Source of the DNA: Spirochaetia bacterium
GTDB taxonomy: Bacteria; Spirochaetota; Leptospiria; Turneriellales; JAOUFE01
Length of the DNA stretch: 44,815 nt
Assembly: GCA_029858425.1 (NCBI GenBank)
Contig: JAOUFE010000002.1
Span: forward strand, 1 to 44,815
Direction: 5' to 3'
This document shows, piece after piece, positions 7,924 through 17,167 of the stretch (positions within the stretch are counted from its first letter, which is position 1; each line of letters begins with the position of its first letter). The notes under the pieces are model-generated. The model saw nothing but the letters and a program-made list of their open reading frames with translations, did no database searches and was not told the DNA's origin. The position numbers were made by a program, and so were the translations under genes.

Positions 7924-9453
7924 CTAAAAACTCCATTGTATGCCTCCATTGATGGCTCCTGCAATGGGGTTTTCAGAAAAAATTGCATATTTTTCTCCCA
8001 AGCCTGCGCTTATTTGCAAATATATTTTCACGTTGGAATTTATGTTGAAATTGGAAAACAAAACCGGCATAACAGAAAAAGCCTCAAGTGAAATAAATGC
8101 GCTTATGCCCCATGTAAACAACTCGACATCCTGAAGTGAAACAATATTGAAAAAAAGGTAATGTTGATTAAATACAAATGGATCATATTCCGCCAGAACC
8201 CCGGAAAAAAACAACAGATGAAATTGATTCAGCAAGGTATTGCCTGTAGCATATTGTTTTTTGGTTTGATCAAGCGCATACGTTAAAGAGCGGTATGTAT
8301 TTCCTGGAATACCAAAACCATTAAAATAATAACCGGCCGAAATATCACAATTCATTTTTTTGAAGAATACAGCTGAATAGTTAAACGAAACAAGAGACTC
8401 CATAAAATATTGCTGACCGGAGTTTTCAACGGGAGTAAATGAATAATATGCAAAACCGGAAGTATTTTTTTCAGACAAGCCATATTGCGCTCTGCCATTG
8501 GATATCATCAGTTGCCAATCCATGTTCAAGGTTTTTAGAATCCTCCAGATCATTTCCGATCCAAATCCAAAATGGTTTTGCGTTTTACGGTCTGGATTGT
8601 TTTCCCAGAAAAAATACAGGTCAGTCTGGATTACCGGAAAATTAAAGCTGTTTTTTGCCATGAAAATGCTGGCCGGGTTTATCCAGTATAAATATTCAGA
8701 AATCTTTTTCCCTTCTTGATTGTTTCCCATATTATGATAGGGAATCAGGGGAATAAATAATAGATCCATATGATAGATGTCTCTTGAATATCCCATTTTT
8801 ATTCCTGGAAATGAAATCGGCGTGTATTCCTGTATAAATTCTCTTGGGGGCAGATAGCGTTCAAAAAAACTGACTGGATTTCTATAAAAGCTGTTTCCCA
8901 TCTTAAGAGGGAGAACTCCGCCCGACAGGCAAAAAATATTTTCATTGTTGATCGATAAATTCAGGTTTAACGATAATTCATAAGCGTAAAAATGTGTAAA
9001 GGATAATTCCTCATTAAACATGGGGTGAATCATGTCTATCGCTTGTCCGGATGGGCTTGAGTCTTTCATGGTTTTTAGCGCCTGTGCTTTTGTGTTTGTT
9101 GTGCTGCGAATTCCCAAGTCTATATTTGTGCTGAATATTCCGGAAAATCTTGCTTTTTGAGAATATCGTAATATCTGACTAAATATCCACGAGTCAAAAA
9201 CAGCAAAGTTTTGATCCGGTAAAAATATGGAAGTCCCGGGGAATTGTTTTTGAACAACAAGATCCATTTGCAATCCTGCTAATTTTTTTTTACCTGACTT
9301 GTTTTCATCACCGGAATTTTCAAATATATCAAACTCTGAGTTTGGTTCCTGGCCGGAATTTAGGGAATATATAAAACTACCATGATAAAGGCAGAATATG
9401 ATACCTGCCTGAAAAAAAGCTATATATTTTTTTCGAATTTTCATAACATTCAC
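7924..9453 (-). CDS. Probable outer-membrane beta-barrel protein
   Basis: 509-aa ORF with an N-terminal hydrophobic signal, aromatic-rich alternating sequence, and a C-terminal ...GGIQWSF (terminal Phe typical of OMPs). It is translationally coupled (4-nt overlap) to the upstream LolA-like gene. Confidence 0.55.
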   Translation of the reverse strand: MNVMKIRKKYIAFFQAGIIFCLYHGSFIYSLNSGQEPNSEFDIFENSGDENKSGKKKLAGLQMDLVVQKQFPGTSIFLPDQNFAVFDSWIFSQILRYSQKARFSGIFSTNIDLGIRSTTNTKAQALKTMKDSSPSGQAIDMIHPMFNEELSFTHFYAYELSLNLNLSINNENIFCLSGGVLPLKMGNSFYRNPVSFFERYLPPREFIQEYTPISFPGIKMGYSRDIYHMDLLFIPLIPYHNMGNNQEGKKISEYLYWINPASIFMAKNSFNFPVIQTDLYFFWENNPDRKTQNHFGFGSEMIWRILKTLNMDWQLMISNGRAQYGLSEKNTSGFAYYSFTPVENSGQQYFMESLVSFNYSAVFFKKMNCDISAGYYFNGFGIPGNTYRSLTYALDQTKKQYATGNTLLNQFHLLFFSGVLAEYDPFVFNQHYLFFNIVSLQDVELFTWGISAFISLEAFSVMPVLFSNFNINSNVKIYLQISAGLGEKYAIFSENPIAGAINGGIQWSF

Positions 9454-10202
9454 TCGCCTGCATTTTCCAGAGCGGAGGGATTAAAGTAGTAATCTGGAAT
9501 ATCAATGGCCTGTACTGATGACATTTTAATCAGCGAATAATCATTTTCCAGAAGCGCATTTACAATCTTGATTTGTACCGGGTAAATCTGGTTATGGTCA
9601 TCTGCTTCATACTTTACAAAATATATTTTTTTCAAAAGTATCCCGGAACGCGCATACGCCTCGAAATAAAGAATTTTTCCTTTAACGTAATAATATTTTA
9701 CCAGGCCATATGGAGCGTTTTTATTTATTGCCTGAAAAGATAAAATATAATTTTGCGTATTCCTGTCATGCTCGACCTTTATAAAATTGTATAAATTAAA
9801 AAGCGATGAGCTGACAATGTCGGTGAGATTTACGCTGCCGCTCAGGTTCATGCTCGAATTTATCACAAGCGTTTTTTGAATTTTCGGAAAATATTGCCAT
9901 AGCTGATCGTTGATCATCAGAATTTTTTTCCCCAGATCTCTTTCGGGATAAGAAAATATCAGCAGCGTTTTGTTGCTTTTACTGTACACCGTAAATGTTT
10001 TTACAATGGGCTTTTGGTTTGGAACAAAGGTCGCCAATTGAAAAATGGCCCGGTACTCTTTGTTGTTTACCGATAAAATTTTACGAAATTCTTCCAATAT
10101 TGCTTTTCCGTTATCCGTTTGATTTACGGTTTCTTCGGGATAGGCCGGAAACGAAAAAGAACCGGTTAGCAGGGTTGTTAATATAAAGAATTTTGTTTTC
10201 AT
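9450..10202 (-). CDS. LolA-like outer-membrane lipoprotein-sorting protein
   Basis: Signal peptide, then ...LLIFSYPERDLGKKILMINDQLWQYFPKIQKTLVINSSMNLSGSVNLTDIV... This matches the F.(Y)P.rd.G...L.....lW.Y.P......I......GS....D pattern of LolA-like sorting proteins (from memory). Confidence 0.65.
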   Translation of the reverse strand: MKTKFFILTTLLTGSFSFPAYPEETVNQTDNGKAILEEFRKILSVNNKEYRAIFQLATFVPNQKPIVKTFTVYSKSNKTLLIFSYPERDLGKKILMINDQLWQYFPKIQKTLVINSSMNLSGSVNLTDIVSSSLFNLYNFIKVEHDRNTQNYILSFQAINKNAPYGLVKYYYVKGKILYFEAYARSGILLKKIYFVKYEADDHNQIYPVQIKIVNALLENDYSLIKMSSVQAIDIPDYYFNPSALENAGE

Positions 10203-10286
10203 ACCATTAGTATAGGCTGGTTTTTTTGAATTGTAAATAGGACTTGTGTCCTTTTATTTTAAAATGAAATAGTACGTTTGTACTTT

Positions 10287-11246
10287 TTACTCAATGGTAT
10301 TGTTAATCAAATTCAGGAGTTTACCGCGTGTGGGCGTTTTTGCTTTTTCAAAAATATTGGATATGTGATTTCGGATTGTACTGGGCGATAAAAAAAGTTT
10401 GGACGCGATTTCCCTGTTGCTCAGACCGGCGATAATCATTTCAATAATTTCAATTTCGCGGTCGGTAATTTTATATTTTACAATAAATGCATGGGGGATT
10501 TTTTGAGATTTCTCAACATAAATTTTTCGGGCTGCCTGTATTACAGCCAGACTAATAATTGAAAAAACCAGGAGATTCAACGGCTGCAGAAAAATTCCAA
10601 CGGGATATTGTTGTTTCAAAAGTTGATGTCTTTGCGCCTCGAAATCAAAATATACCAGAATAGTCGAAACTATACAAAATACAATTAAATATTTTGCGGC
10701 AAGTTTTCGAACCGGATCATCAATACTTTTATATGCACGAAAAACAAGAATATTGGAATAAATAATGACAATATAAAGAATCAACACGCCCATCCACATA
10801 AGAGCAAGTAGCCAGGGGTTGATCAGAAAAACATCCATCAACGACTTAAATGTATTTATGTATCCCCGACTGAAAATGACAAGACCATTAACCATCGAGA
10901 AGAAGGATAATGCTGCAAAAAACAATTTCACTCTTTTGGTATTTTCCTTTCCGGCTACTGCTCTGAATAAAACAGGTATTGTGTAAATTACAGGCGCGCT
11001 GAACAAAAGCATGCTGGATGTATAGGCAAACAACATTTTTATCATATTGCTGAACAATCCCATATTCAGGTAAGCATAAAAAGTTAGAGCCACAAAAAAA
11101 ACCATAACAATTGTTGCGGCAAGATGAAACAAATAATAGCGAATAATCTCCAGTCTATATTTTTGATATAAGAAAATATAAACGCCTGCCGTCATTAGAG
11201 CCGCCATAAGAGAAAAAATCAAAAACAATAGATAAAGGTGAGCCAT
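10287..11246 (-). CDS. Membrane-bound one-component regulator: ~7 TM helices plus a C-terminal LuxR-type HTH
   Basis: Seven hydrophobic segments are followed by ITDREIEIIEMIIAGLSNREIASKLFLSPSTIRNHISNIFEKAK (LuxR/GerE HTH signature). Confidence 0.75.
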   Translation of the reverse strand: MAHLYLLFLIFSLMAALMTAGVYIFLYQKYRLEIIRYYLFHLAATIVMVFFVALTFYAYLNMGLFSNMIKMLFAYTSSMLLFSAPVIYTIPVLFRAVAGKENTKRVKLFFAALSFFSMVNGLVIFSRGYINTFKSLMDVFLINPWLLALMWMGVLILYIVIIYSNILVFRAYKSIDDPVRKLAAKYLIVFCIVSTILVYFDFEAQRHQLLKQQYPVGIFLQPLNLLVFSIISLAVIQAARKIYVEKSQKIPHAFIVKYKITDREIEIIEMIIAGLSNREIASKLFLSPSTIRNHISNIFEKAKTPTRGKLLNLINNTIE

Positions 11247-11287
11247 GGGAAAAACGAAATGTAGACAGGGTATTGGGTGACAAGAAA

Positions 11288-13141
11288 TTATTTCAATATT
11301 TTTTTCAGCAAATAATTTATTTTTCGGGCTGACAGGTACATGAATTTATAGAAAAGCATGGCGGCATTTTGGTCGTTGTTATCCTGCTCTGTTATGGTTA
11401 AAATTATATTTTGCGCATTTATGGAAAGCGCCTCATTGGCATGAGAATATTTTTTTATTTCATTGTCGTTTGCGTCCAATTTTTTATAAATATCATTTAG
11501 CCTGGCATTACCGGCTCCTTGAGCTGCCCTGGAAAATTGAAAGTTTTCAAGATATAAATTTTCCAGCCTTTTACATTCCTTAAGGATATTCTTCAAGGCT
11601 GCAACAGCTTTTTGGTCATTAGCGGGGCGCTCCCCATTCATGATTAAATCTAACGAACAGGATTCGTTTGCCGAATTTTTTACAATATCCCGTAAACTTT
11701 TATGGGTAAATCCCTCAAGATATGCGCCCCTTTGGGTTGCATTATAAAGATGTATGCCGGATTTTTGTACTTTCATTGCCTGTTCCTGAAACCATCCGGA
11801 AAATACGCGAAGCTTGTCGTTGGTAAACAGGGCGCCATTTTTCTCCGGTTTTGCCGAGTTATCTGGATCGGCAATGGATTTCTCTACTTTTCTTGGAGGA
11901 ATAGCCCGCATCTGGAAAAAATTGTGCATTTCAAATCCCGAAAAACGGGTATTTTTATTGTACACCATCGCCTCTAAAACCGAACCTTTGACATGAGCCA
12001 GTTTGTCTGAAAACGACAAATCCTGTCCTGTTAAAATAATATTTTCCGGATGTAACTTTATGGCGAGGTCAAATGCATTTGTGCTTACCGAGCCGCCATG
12101 AGCGATTTCTCCGCGCGATTCGTTCTGACGAATCACAAGATCCATATAAAAAGGGTTGTCCCACCAGAAAACCGGAGCCTGGATTTTATCGAGATAATGG
12201 CTGGACTGGTAACATACAACCGGATCCATAATCCAGATGCTGCGATTGGCCTCCGGGTTCATTGCAAAGTAATGATTTAGCCATTGTGGGTCGGCAGAAA
12301 TTACAATATCGGGAAAAATATTATTCTTGATTAGCGGCATGAAGGCCGTATCTGCTGCTATTAAAAAAAACTTTAAACGATTTTCTCGTAGATCAGAGAA
12401 GCTTTCCGAAAGCGAAGGGCCGGCTCCGCAGACTACCACATTCTGAATTTGTCCTTTCAGGGTTTCAATTATGGCGCCAAGTTTTTTTCCCTGAAGGAGT
12501 TGTTTCATGTTCAGAACGATATTTTTGTTCCAGATTCCCTGAAACTTGATTATGGTGGCTTGATTAATCGACCGCTTGTACATAATGGAATCCAGTTGAT
12601 CTTCCAGATTTTGGCAGGCAGTCGCATGGATCTGAAAGGATGCCCTGTGTTTATACAGCCGAATGGCGTTCAGGTTTTTATTTTGAAAAAAAACCAGAGA
12701 ATCTTCGAGCGTATCCATTTGCGGATCGGGGCAATAGTATATATATATTTTTTTGGGGCAATGGAGAATATCAGACAAAGAAAGACAATAAAATAGAGTT
12801 TCCGGATCGGTTTCAAAAACAAGAATAGATTCAATTTGCGGGTTTTTCATGGCCTCCATGAATGGATACCCGATTCCTGCGCTGAGAAAAATCAAATGTC
12901 TTGTTTGGCTGTCAATGGTATTTTCCATTTGCCTGACGCCTTCTCTTTGCGGATCGCGGCGCGAATGGTACCAGATGCCATTTTTCTCAAACCCATTGGC
13001 CAGAACATTTTCTGTATTTGCCGCCCAATTTGTTTTGTTATCCTCAACGGCCAACAGAAGATTTTTTATGGGCGATAATATTCTTTTTTTTGATTCAAGA
13101 AAAGCCAGATTTTTATTAAATTGAAGTTCATTAGCGCTCAT
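11288..13141 (-). CDS. Maf-like / DUF115 (MptE-like) protein, putative glycosyltransferase
   Basis: Core motif VVVCGAGPSLSES...LIAADTAF...DIVISADPQ is typical of motility-accessory-factor/DUF115 proteins. I prefer the ATG at 13141 (MSANELQFNKNL...). The track ORF extends to 13171. Confidence 0.65.
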   Translation of the reverse strand: MSANELQFNKNLAFLESKKRILSPIKNLLLAVEDNKTNWAANTENVLANGFEKNGIWYHSRRDPQREGVRQMENTIDSQTRHLIFLSAGIGYPFMEAMKNPQIESILVFETDPETLFYCLSLSDILHCPKKIYIYYCPDPQMDTLEDSLVFFQNKNLNAIRLYKHRASFQIHATACQNLEDQLDSIMYKRSINQATIIKFQGIWNKNIVLNMKQLLQGKKLGAIIETLKGQIQNVVVCGAGPSLSESFSDLRENRLKFFLIAADTAFMPLIKNNIFPDIVISADPQWLNHYFAMNPEANRSIWIMDPVVCYQSSHYLDKIQAPVFWWDNPFYMDLVIRQNESRGEIAHGGSVSTNAFDLAIKLHPENIILTGQDLSFSDKLAHVKGSVLEAMVYNKNTRFSGFEMHNFFQMRAIPPRKVEKSIADPDNSAKPEKNGALFTNDKLRVFSGWFQEQAMKVQKSGIHLYNATQRGAYLEGFTHKSLRDIVKNSANESCSLDLIMNGERPANDQKAVAALKNILKECKRLENLYLENFQFSRAAQGAGNARLNDIYKKLDANDNEIKKYSHANEALSINAQNIILTITEQDNNDQNAAMLFYKFMYLSARKINYLLKKILK

Positions 13142-13589
13142 GGGTTTTTCTAAAGAGTATTCTTTTCTCATCGGTGGAAATCAAAATTTCCTTTCGCATA
13201 ATAAAACCGTTCTTTTCAAAAAATATTTTTGATCTTGAATTTTCCGGAACAATGTACGTCCAGATTCGGTTTATATTTTTTTCTTTTATTGTATTTTCAA
13301 AATGCCTCAGGAGAATCGATGCATAGCCATTTTTGTAGTATTGAGGACGCGTTGCAATGATGTGTATAAAGGCTTTTGTGCGATTGCACGCGCCATACAG
13401 GTAGCTTACCAGTTCCGAGTCTTTATACAAGGCAAAGGATGAGTCGGCAAACAACAGACTGAAAAGCGCATGATGATACGGACGAATAAACTCTGTTTTG
13501 GAGAGCCAGAACAAATCCAGATTTTGTAAAATTTTCCTGTGCTCTGATAAAGACAGACGCCTGATTTCCAAAGAAGCTTTTATTTGCAA
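13131..13589 (-). CDS. GNAT-family N-acetyltransferase
   Basis: 152-aa ORF with an acetyl-CoA-binding-type segment IIATRPQYYKNGYASILLRHFEN and C-terminal ...FFEKNGF. It starts 11 nt downstream of panD and overlaps the Maf-like start by 11 nt. Confidence 0.7.
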   Translation of the reverse strand: MQIKASLEIRRLSLSEHRKILQNLDLFWLSKTEFIRPYHHALFSLLFADSSFALYKDSELVSYLYGACNRTKAFIHIIATRPQYYKNGYASILLRHFENTIKEKNINRIWTYIVPENSRSKIFFEKNGFIMRKEILISTDEKRILFRKTHER

Positions 13590-13600
13590 GATATGAGCAA

Positions 13601-13948
13601 TTATACGGAATGATTGTTATCGTCAACAAGAACAATAACAGGTTTGTGTACGCCTGCCTCTTCCGGCGAATAATTTCCATACGTGATTATAATGATTTTA
13701 TCGCCCTTGTGACCAAGCCTTGCCGCTGCCCCGTTTAAGCAAATAGTTCCGGAGCCTGGCTCGCCTTTTATTAAATATGTAATCAGACGGTGTCCGTTGT
13801 TGATATTTACCACGTGAACCTTTTCAAATTCAAACATACCGGCTTTTTTTAGCAAATCACTATCCACCGTTAAACTGCCTTCATAAAACAAATTTGCCTC
13901 TGTTACAGTAGCGCGGTGAATTTTGGATTTTAATAGCGATATCATCAT
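13601..13948 (-). CDS. panD: Aspartate 1-decarboxylase
   Basis: MMISLLKSKIHRATVTEANLFYEGSLTVD... includes the self-cleavage Gly-Ser (YEGS). AGGAGG lies about 10 nt upstream of the ATG at 13948. The track start at 13975 adds 9 non-homologous residues. Confidence 0.9.
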   Translation of the reverse strand: MMISLLKSKIHRATVTEANLFYEGSLTVDSDLLKKAGMFEFEKVHVVNINNGHRLITYLIKGEPGSGTICLNGAAARLGHKGDKIIIITYGNYSPEEAGVHKPVIVLVDDNNHSV

Positions 13949-14080
13949 ATGTTTCAACCCCCCTCCTGAATACAAACAATATATATCCCGGGATTTAAAA
14001 TGGCAATATAGTCATAATTTTATTTCAGGACATCGTGCAAACCCGGATTATTTGCATTTCGGGTCTCTGGCTGTATTTCA

Positions 14081-14145
14081 GAGCTTGGACATGAACCTCA
14101 ATAATCAGATCAAAATGTATTAAAATGCGCGTTCATGCCCAAGCT
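14081..14145. repeat. Palindromic intergenic repeat, copy B (internally deleted: one arm plus both termini, no central hairpin)
   Basis: GAGCTTGGACATGAACCTCAATAATCAGATCAAAATGTATTAAAATGCGCG joins directly to TTCATGCCCAAGCTC. The termini GAGCTTGG(A)CATGAAC / GTTCATGCCCAAGCTC are inverted repeats. A further arm fragment TTTCGAGTTCCTGCC follows at about 14150-14164. Confidence 0.65.
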
Positions 14146-14357
14146 CTGTTTCGAGTTCCTGCCGGGCTCGCGGCACATGCAGGAAAAATACGTATGGGGT
14201 GCCGGAAAACGCCGTTTGCAGGCAGGGGAAAGACATTTCCCCTTTAAAAAATAAATATTAAACAGCGGCAAATTTCCATGTCCGAAATTGCAACGGGGTG
14301 TAGCAGGTACTTAATCTTATTGACCGTACAAATACTGCTTTTACCATTTGATTTATT

Positions 14358-15773
14358 ATGAAATCTGGTTTAAAATTTTACGCAATTATAGTCGGCATCC
14401 TGATCTGGATCACAAATCCGGCGGCAGAGGATTTGCCTTCCGGGTATGAATTTATCGACAGTCTGATTAAAAGCCAAAAATATGATATGGCCGATGAGAA
14501 ACTAAATGAACTTTTAAAGACCAATCCGGACAATCCCGACGCTTTAATGTTTAAAGGTATTCTCATCTTTTATCGGGATGCAATAAGCCCTGACGAGAAA
14601 GAGGCCTGGCAGGGCATCGATTCCATTTATGAACCGGATTTTAAGGCCAACTCTTTTGAGAATTCTTCGATTAGTCCGGAAACTGCCGCTAAAATTTCCG
14701 GATATTTTAATAAAGCCCTGAAAATAGATCCCTCCCGGATGAATATTCAGCTTGGATTATGCTACGCGTACTCCAAAGCCGGCATGAAAGAAGAGCTGAT
14801 ATCGAGATTACCCGAATTAAAAAAATATTCTACTCCCGCCGATAAAATGCAATACAACATGTCGGAATATGCCCGAATCCTTGCGCGCCAAAAAACAGTC
14901 ATGGATGGAATAGATGTCTTTAATGAGATCATTAAACTATATCCCGAAGACGGTAATATTGTAAATGATATGGGCGTCCTGTATTTTGAAAATGGAATGC
15001 TGGACGAATCCATGAAGTATTTTCATCAAGCCGAAAAAACAGGAAATCTGGACCGAAACACGCTCGAAAATCTGATGCTTGTTTATTCCCTTACCGGCGA
15101 TTTTAAAAAAGTGGAAATCATGTCCCAACTGCTTTCCAGCGCGGACAAAAACAACCTCAATGTAGTTTACGAAGCTCTCCATCAAAGGCTTCAGGGCGAT
15201 CCTGACTGGATCGAAACGCTGAAAAAATTTCATTCGAGAGGTAACGACAAAGATGATGTCAACCTTTTTGTAAGCGCCCTTCGAAAATCAGCATCGCAGG
15301 GAACTTTTGAAAAAATGATCAGCACGGCGCATTATAACCTGCCTGCTCCCTTGCTTGTACTGAACTATGAGTGGGCCATAAAAAGGTTTCCAGATCAGTT
15401 CGATACGCTTTTTAATTACGCCGAATTTTTAAATTTCTATCGGCATTACCCGAAAGCTGTGGAAATTTTTAAGAAAATAATTGATCAAAATATGACATTA
15501 AATGGAGACGAAAAAGAAAAGTTTAATTTTTACTATGCATGGGCGCTGTACAGCTCCGGGAAAAAACTTCAGGCTCAACAATACTGGAAAAAACTGCTCA
15601 GCAGCGATGACTTTTATCGAAAAAGCGCCGCAAGTTTCTTTTTGGGCAGATATTATTACGAGAAAAAGGATTATACAATGGCGAAAAAATATCTCTCCTA
15701 TTCAAAAGACAGCCCGGACAAATCCAAATATGCCGAGTTTAGCCTGAACATTTTCAACAAAATAAAAAAATAA
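14358..15773 (+). CDS. TPR-repeat protein, secreted
   Basis: 471-aa ORF with a signal peptide (FYAIIVGILIWITNPAAE) and multiple TPR-like A/Y/L-patterned helical pairs (e.g. YYAWALYSSGKKLQAQQYWKKLL). Confidence 0.65.
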   Translation: MKSGLKFYAIIVGILIWITNPAAEDLPSGYEFIDSLIKSQKYDMADEKLNELLKTNPDNPDALMFKGILIFYRDAISPDEKEAWQGIDSIYEPDFKANSFENSSISPETAAKISGYFNKALKIDPSRMNIQLGLCYAYSKAGMKEELISRLPELKKYSTPADKMQYNMSEYARILARQKTVMDGIDVFNEIIKLYPEDGNIVNDMGVLYFENGMLDESMKYFHQAEKTGNLDRNTLENLMLVYSLTGDFKKVEIMSQLLSSADKNNLNVVYEALHQRLQGDPDWIETLKKFHSRGNDKDDVNLFVSALRKSASQGTFEKMISTAHYNLPAPLLVLNYEWAIKRFPDQFDTLFNYAEFLNFYRHYPKAVEIFKKIIDQNMTLNGDEKEKFNFYYAWALYSSGKKLQAQQYWKKLLSSDDFYRKSAASFFLGRYYYEKKDYTMAKKYLSYSKDSPDKSKYAEFSLNIFNKIKK

Positions 15774-15781
15774 CTTTGTTG

Positions 15782-16294
15782 TCAGGAAACCGCTCTTACT
15801 TCTGAATATTGTCTGAAAAAATCAAAATCAGAATTTTCGAATGCCGATAACCGTAAACCCATTTCTTTAAAGTATGTCTTTAGAATATGCAAATGCATGA
15901 TTTCTTCATCGTCCGGATTTGCTGCCGATTCCTGTGCGGATATTACAAGAAATGTCTCTTCAATTTCCTGATGGAAACTTTCACTTTTCCCGGTAAATAT
16001 CATTACAGAAGCAATCAGGTCAAAATGAATCGTATCGATAATTAAATCAAATTCATCGTCGCTTTTTTCCCAGTGCTCCGAGGCAATGTGAGTTTGAAAA
16101 TAATCTCCCCAGGTGATCACGTCGGGTTTTACTCCGAATTTTGCTTCGATTTTGTCCACTTCGGAATTTGGCAAATACGGCCTTGCGGCTACCTTATCGA
16201 CCAGTTTTTTGAGATATCTCAATCTCTCAACTTTTCTATCTGAAATTTTCTTTTGTGCAATCATATCATCGATGGCCGGATTAATATCTTTCAT
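15782..16294 (-). CDS. Hypothetical cytoplasmic acidic protein
   Basis: 170-aa ORF. I recognise no motif and no signal peptide. Confidence 0.45.
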   Translation of the reverse strand: MKDINPAIDDMIAQKKISDRKVERLRYLKKLVDKVAARPYLPNSEVDKIEAKFGVKPDVITWGDYFQTHIASEHWEKSDDEFDLIIDTIHFDLIASVMIFTGKSESFHQEIEETFLVISAQESAANPDDEEIMHLHILKTYFKEMGLRLSAFENSDFDFFRQYSEVRAVS

Positions 16295-16354
16295 ATAATT
16301 TTTATCGGAAAAATAAAATATTATTGCAGTCTTTTTTCTTTCCGATATAAAATT

Positions 16355-16849
16355 ATGATTAAAAAAAATTACCGTTATTATCTTTTCATTATTGGTCTGT
16401 TGTTTAATGCTATTCCTTTAGTAGCGCAGGAAGCCAAAATTAGTCCTTCTGAAAAACAGGAAGCTATATTTTTAAATCTTGCCGAGAGTTTGTACAAAGA
16501 CGGCGAATACAATCGAGCGCTTTCGGTCTACCTTGACTTTGTAGATCTTTATCCGGATTCTTCGTTTCTTGTCAGGGCTCTGGAGACCATGGCCGATCTT
16601 TACGAGAAGCTCCAAAAATATCCCGAAGCCTTGAATATCTATGAAACCCTCTATCAAAGAACAGGCACGTCCAGCAGCCGTGGTCTTTTTTATTATTACA
16701 ACCAGGCCAGAATCCTGAATATTATGGGCGATGTGGACAAGGCGGCTAAAATATATGACGAAATTGTAAAAATCAGTCCCGACAGTCCCTATGCAAAAAA
16801 ATCTCAAATAAACAACAAACTCAACAGTATTTTTAATCAGGATTCATAG
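16355..16849 (+). CDS. Small TPR-repeat protein, secreted
   Basis: I prefer the ATG at 16355 (MIKKNYRYYLFIIGLLFNAIPLVAQE signal). It has TPR-like repeats (YKDGEYNRALSVYLDFVDLYPDS..., YEKLQKYPEALNIYETL). Confidence 0.6.
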   Translation: MIKKNYRYYLFIIGLLFNAIPLVAQEAKISPSEKQEAIFLNLAESLYKDGEYNRALSVYLDFVDLYPDSSFLVRALETMADLYEKLQKYPEALNIYETLYQRTGTSSSRGLFYYYNQARILNIMGDVDKAAKIYDEIVKISPDSPYAKKSQINNKLNSIFNQDS

Positions 16850-16872
16850 TATGACCAACGAATTGAGCCGGT

Positions 16873-17115
16873 GCGTGTTTTTGGGCTGCCTAAAAAGTCG
16901 AAAGTTCACCACGGAGGCGCGGGTGCGTTAGGCAATGCCTGCGCAAGCCATCAGGATGCACGGAGATTTTGATGAACTAACGCCTGAAAAGGCATTTATT
17001 TCGTATTTTCTCCGTGCGCTCCTGTCTTCGTGGTGATATCTTTTTCTTTTTGGACAGCCCCAAGAACACGTCAGTCTAAATCATTCTGACTGAATTTCGA
17101 GTTCATGCCATGCTC
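16873..17115. repeat. Palindromic intergenic repeat, copy C, with a ~165-nt structured insertion in the central hairpin
   Basis: The stem halves GCGTGTTTTTGGGCTG (16873-16888) and CAGCCCCAAGAACACG (17055-17070) are separated by sequence that is itself an imperfect palindrome. The standard arm TCAGTCTAAATCATTCTGACTGAATTTCGAGTTCATGCC follows. Confidence 0.7.
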
Positions 17116-17167
17116 CCCGTAGATAATTCTTGACAAAACGATATTCTGAATTAAAAGGACATGCGAT

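Noticed and set aside
14146-14357. A GC-rich, partly self-complementary stretch upstream of the TPR gene as a possible riboswitch.
   Set aside because: I recognise no conserved riboswitch core. It contains fragments of the repeat-family arm (TTTCGAGTTCCTGCC), so it is more likely decayed repeat debris.
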